Assembly (NCBI GenBank): GCA_963741955.1
Contig: CAVUKB010000001.1
Location: forward strand, 160,001-224,000
Origin: an uncultured Acidobacteriota bacterium
GTDB taxonomy: Bacteria > Acidobacteriota > Thermoanaerobaculia > Gp7-AA8
Length of the DNA stretch: 64,000 bases
Direction: 5' to 3'
Part shown: positions 62,570 to 64,000 of the stretch, one piece after another
Layout of the letters: each line of letters opens with the position of its first letter
Numbering within the stretch: the stretch's first letter is position 1
Notes under the pieces: model-generated
What the model was told of the DNA's origin: nothing
Database searches by the model: none
The model's input: only the letters and a program-made list of their open reading frames with translations
Program-made: the position numbers and the translations under genes

Positions 62570-63949
62570 ATGAATTTCAATCACATTAAGAAGATCCATT
62601 TCGTCGGTATCGGCGGAATAGGAATGAGCGGAATCGCAGAGATTCTGGCGAGGTCGGGATTCACCGTCTCCGGATGTGACCTGAAGGGCTCCTCGGTGAC
62701 CGAACGGCTGGTCCGGGACGGCATTCCCGTCTTCATCGGTCACGATGCTGCGCACCTCGCGGGGGTGGACCTGGTGGTAACCTCGTCCGCGATCCGCCGC
62801 GACAACGGCGAGAGGATCACCGCCGAAGACATCGGGATCGAAGTGATCCGCCGGGCGGAGATGCTCGGCGAGCTGATGCGGCTGAAGAAGGGGATTGCGA
62901 TCTCCGGGACTCACGGAAAGACGACGACCACGGCGATGACCTCGGTCGTCCTCCAGGAAGGAGGGCTCGAGCCGACGGTCATCGTGGGAGGAATGATCCG
63001 GGAGGTGGAAACGAATGCGCAGCTCGGCGCCGGAGAGTATCTGGTCGTGGAGGCGGACGAATACGATCGCTCGTTCCTCTCGCTGCATCCGGCCGTCGCG
63101 GTGATCACGAACATCGAAGCCGACCACCTCGACACGTACCGGGATCTGGGCGACATCCGCGATGCGTTCACCGAGTTCGCGGGTCACGTTCCCGCACGTG
63201 GTGTGGTGATCGGCTGCGCGGATGACGCGGAGGTGGCGGCGTTGCTCGATGCGGTGAAGGCGCCGAAGATCTCTTACGGGCTCGGCGAGGCGGCCGACCT
63301 CCGCGCGACCAATCTCACCTTCGATCGGGAGGGAACGAAATTCGAGGTCGAGCTGCGAGGGGAGACGCTGGGACCGGCGCGGCTCAAAGTTCCCGGGGAG
63401 CACAACGTACGCAACGCACTCGCTGCGATCGGAGTCGCGGTGCATCTGGAGATTCCGTTTGCGGCCGCGGCGCGCGCACTCGAGCGCTTCGGCGGTGTCG
63501 AACGGAGATTCCAGATCCTCGGCGAGATCAACGGAGCGATTCTGGTCGATGACTACGCCCATCATCCGACGGAGATCCGCGCGACGCTCGCCGCGGCCCG
63601 GCGCTCCTATCCCGATCGCCGGTTGATCGCGCTCTTCCAGCCGCACCTCTACTCGAGGACGCGTGATTTCGCGGAGGAGTTCGGCGAAGCTCTCTCGCTG
63701 GCCGACCTGGCGCTGGTGGCGCCGATCTATCCGGCGCGTGAAGAGCCGATTGCCGGAGTCGACGCGTCGTTGATCACCCGGGCGGCGGAGAAGAGGGGAC
63801 ATGCGAACGTGCAGCTGATCGATCTCTCGCTCGAAGAGATCGTGGCGGAGCTGCGGAAGAACCTGGTGTCGACGGATCTCCTCCTGACCATGGGAGCGGG
63901 AGACATTCATCGGGCCGGTGAAGCGCTGGCCGCCGGAGGTGCCGCATGA
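62570..63949 (+). CDS. murC: UDP-MurNAc-L-alanine ligase
   Basis: GIGGIGMSGIA, GTHGKTTTT, EADEYD, DDYAHHPTE, FQPH. Confidence 0.97.
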   Translation: MNFNHIKKIHFVGIGGIGMSGIAEILARSGFTVSGCDLKGSSVTERLVRDGIPVFIGHDAAHLAGVDLVVTSSAIRRDNGERITAEDIGIEVIRRAEMLGELMRLKKGIAISGTHGKTTTTAMTSVVLQEGGLEPTVIVGGMIREVETNAQLGAGEYLVVEADEYDRSFLSLHPAVAVITNIEADHLDTYRDLGDIRDAFTEFAGHVPARGVVIGCADDAEVAALLDAVKAPKISYGLGEAADLRATNLTFDREGTKFEVELRGETLGPARLKVPGEHNVRNALAAIGVAVHLEIPFAAAARALERFGGVERRFQILGEINGAILVDDYAHHPTEIRATLAAARRSYPDRRLIALFQPHLYSRTRDFAEEFGEALSLADLALVAPIYPAREEPIAGVDASLITRAAEKRGHANVQLIDLSLEEIVAELRKNLVSTDLLLTMGAGDIHRAGEALAAGGAA

Positions 63950-64000
63950 ACGGGACCGTCGGGATGAACGACCGCTTCATGCGGCCGCTCGATCTCGATT
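63946..64000 (+). CDS. Next dcw gene, partial (identity not determinable)
   Basis: GGAGG RBS and an ATGA overlap with the murC stop; the frame runs off the window. Confidence 0.5.
   Translation, partial: MNGTVGMNDRFMRPLDLD

Overview
GC-rich bacterial chromosomal window. Gene order and repeat style suggest Acidobacteriota, but that is inference only. The backbone is housekeeping: holB-tmk, GT2-fabG-like, purQ/purS, murA-folP-cdaA-cdaR-glmM (glmM carries a 1-nt frameshift), carB, and the dcw cluster mraZ-rsmH-ftsL-ftsI-murE-murF-mraY-murD-ftsW-murG-murC. Large tandem arrays of REP/REPIN-like palindromic units interrupt it at 7.5-8.7 kb, 15.3-17.3 kb, 21.8-22.9 kb and 28.3-28.9 kb. The main accessory feature is a precisely bounded 17,143-bp Mu-like transposable-phage element (28951-46093). 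It has TGTGAG...CTCACA ends, repeated putative transposase-binding sites and a 5-bp TTAGG target duplication, and it is inserted inside a REP-like repeat. No transposase, repressor, major capsid or tail tube/tape-measure gene is recognisable, and two apparent deletion junctions are visible. The element retains unusual cargo: a GemA (Mu gp16)-like regulator fused in frame to a type IV prepilin-like cleavage motif, an acyl-carrier-protein look-alike lacking the phosphopantetheine serine, a MuF protein with a toxin-like nuclease tail and no evident immunity gene, a lambda-GpA-type terminase, and a cluster of exported proteins. Elsewhere there is a candidate regulated sRNA convergent with holB and an orphan double-glycine-leader peptide. 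All product calls come from motif recognition by eye; no database searches were run.
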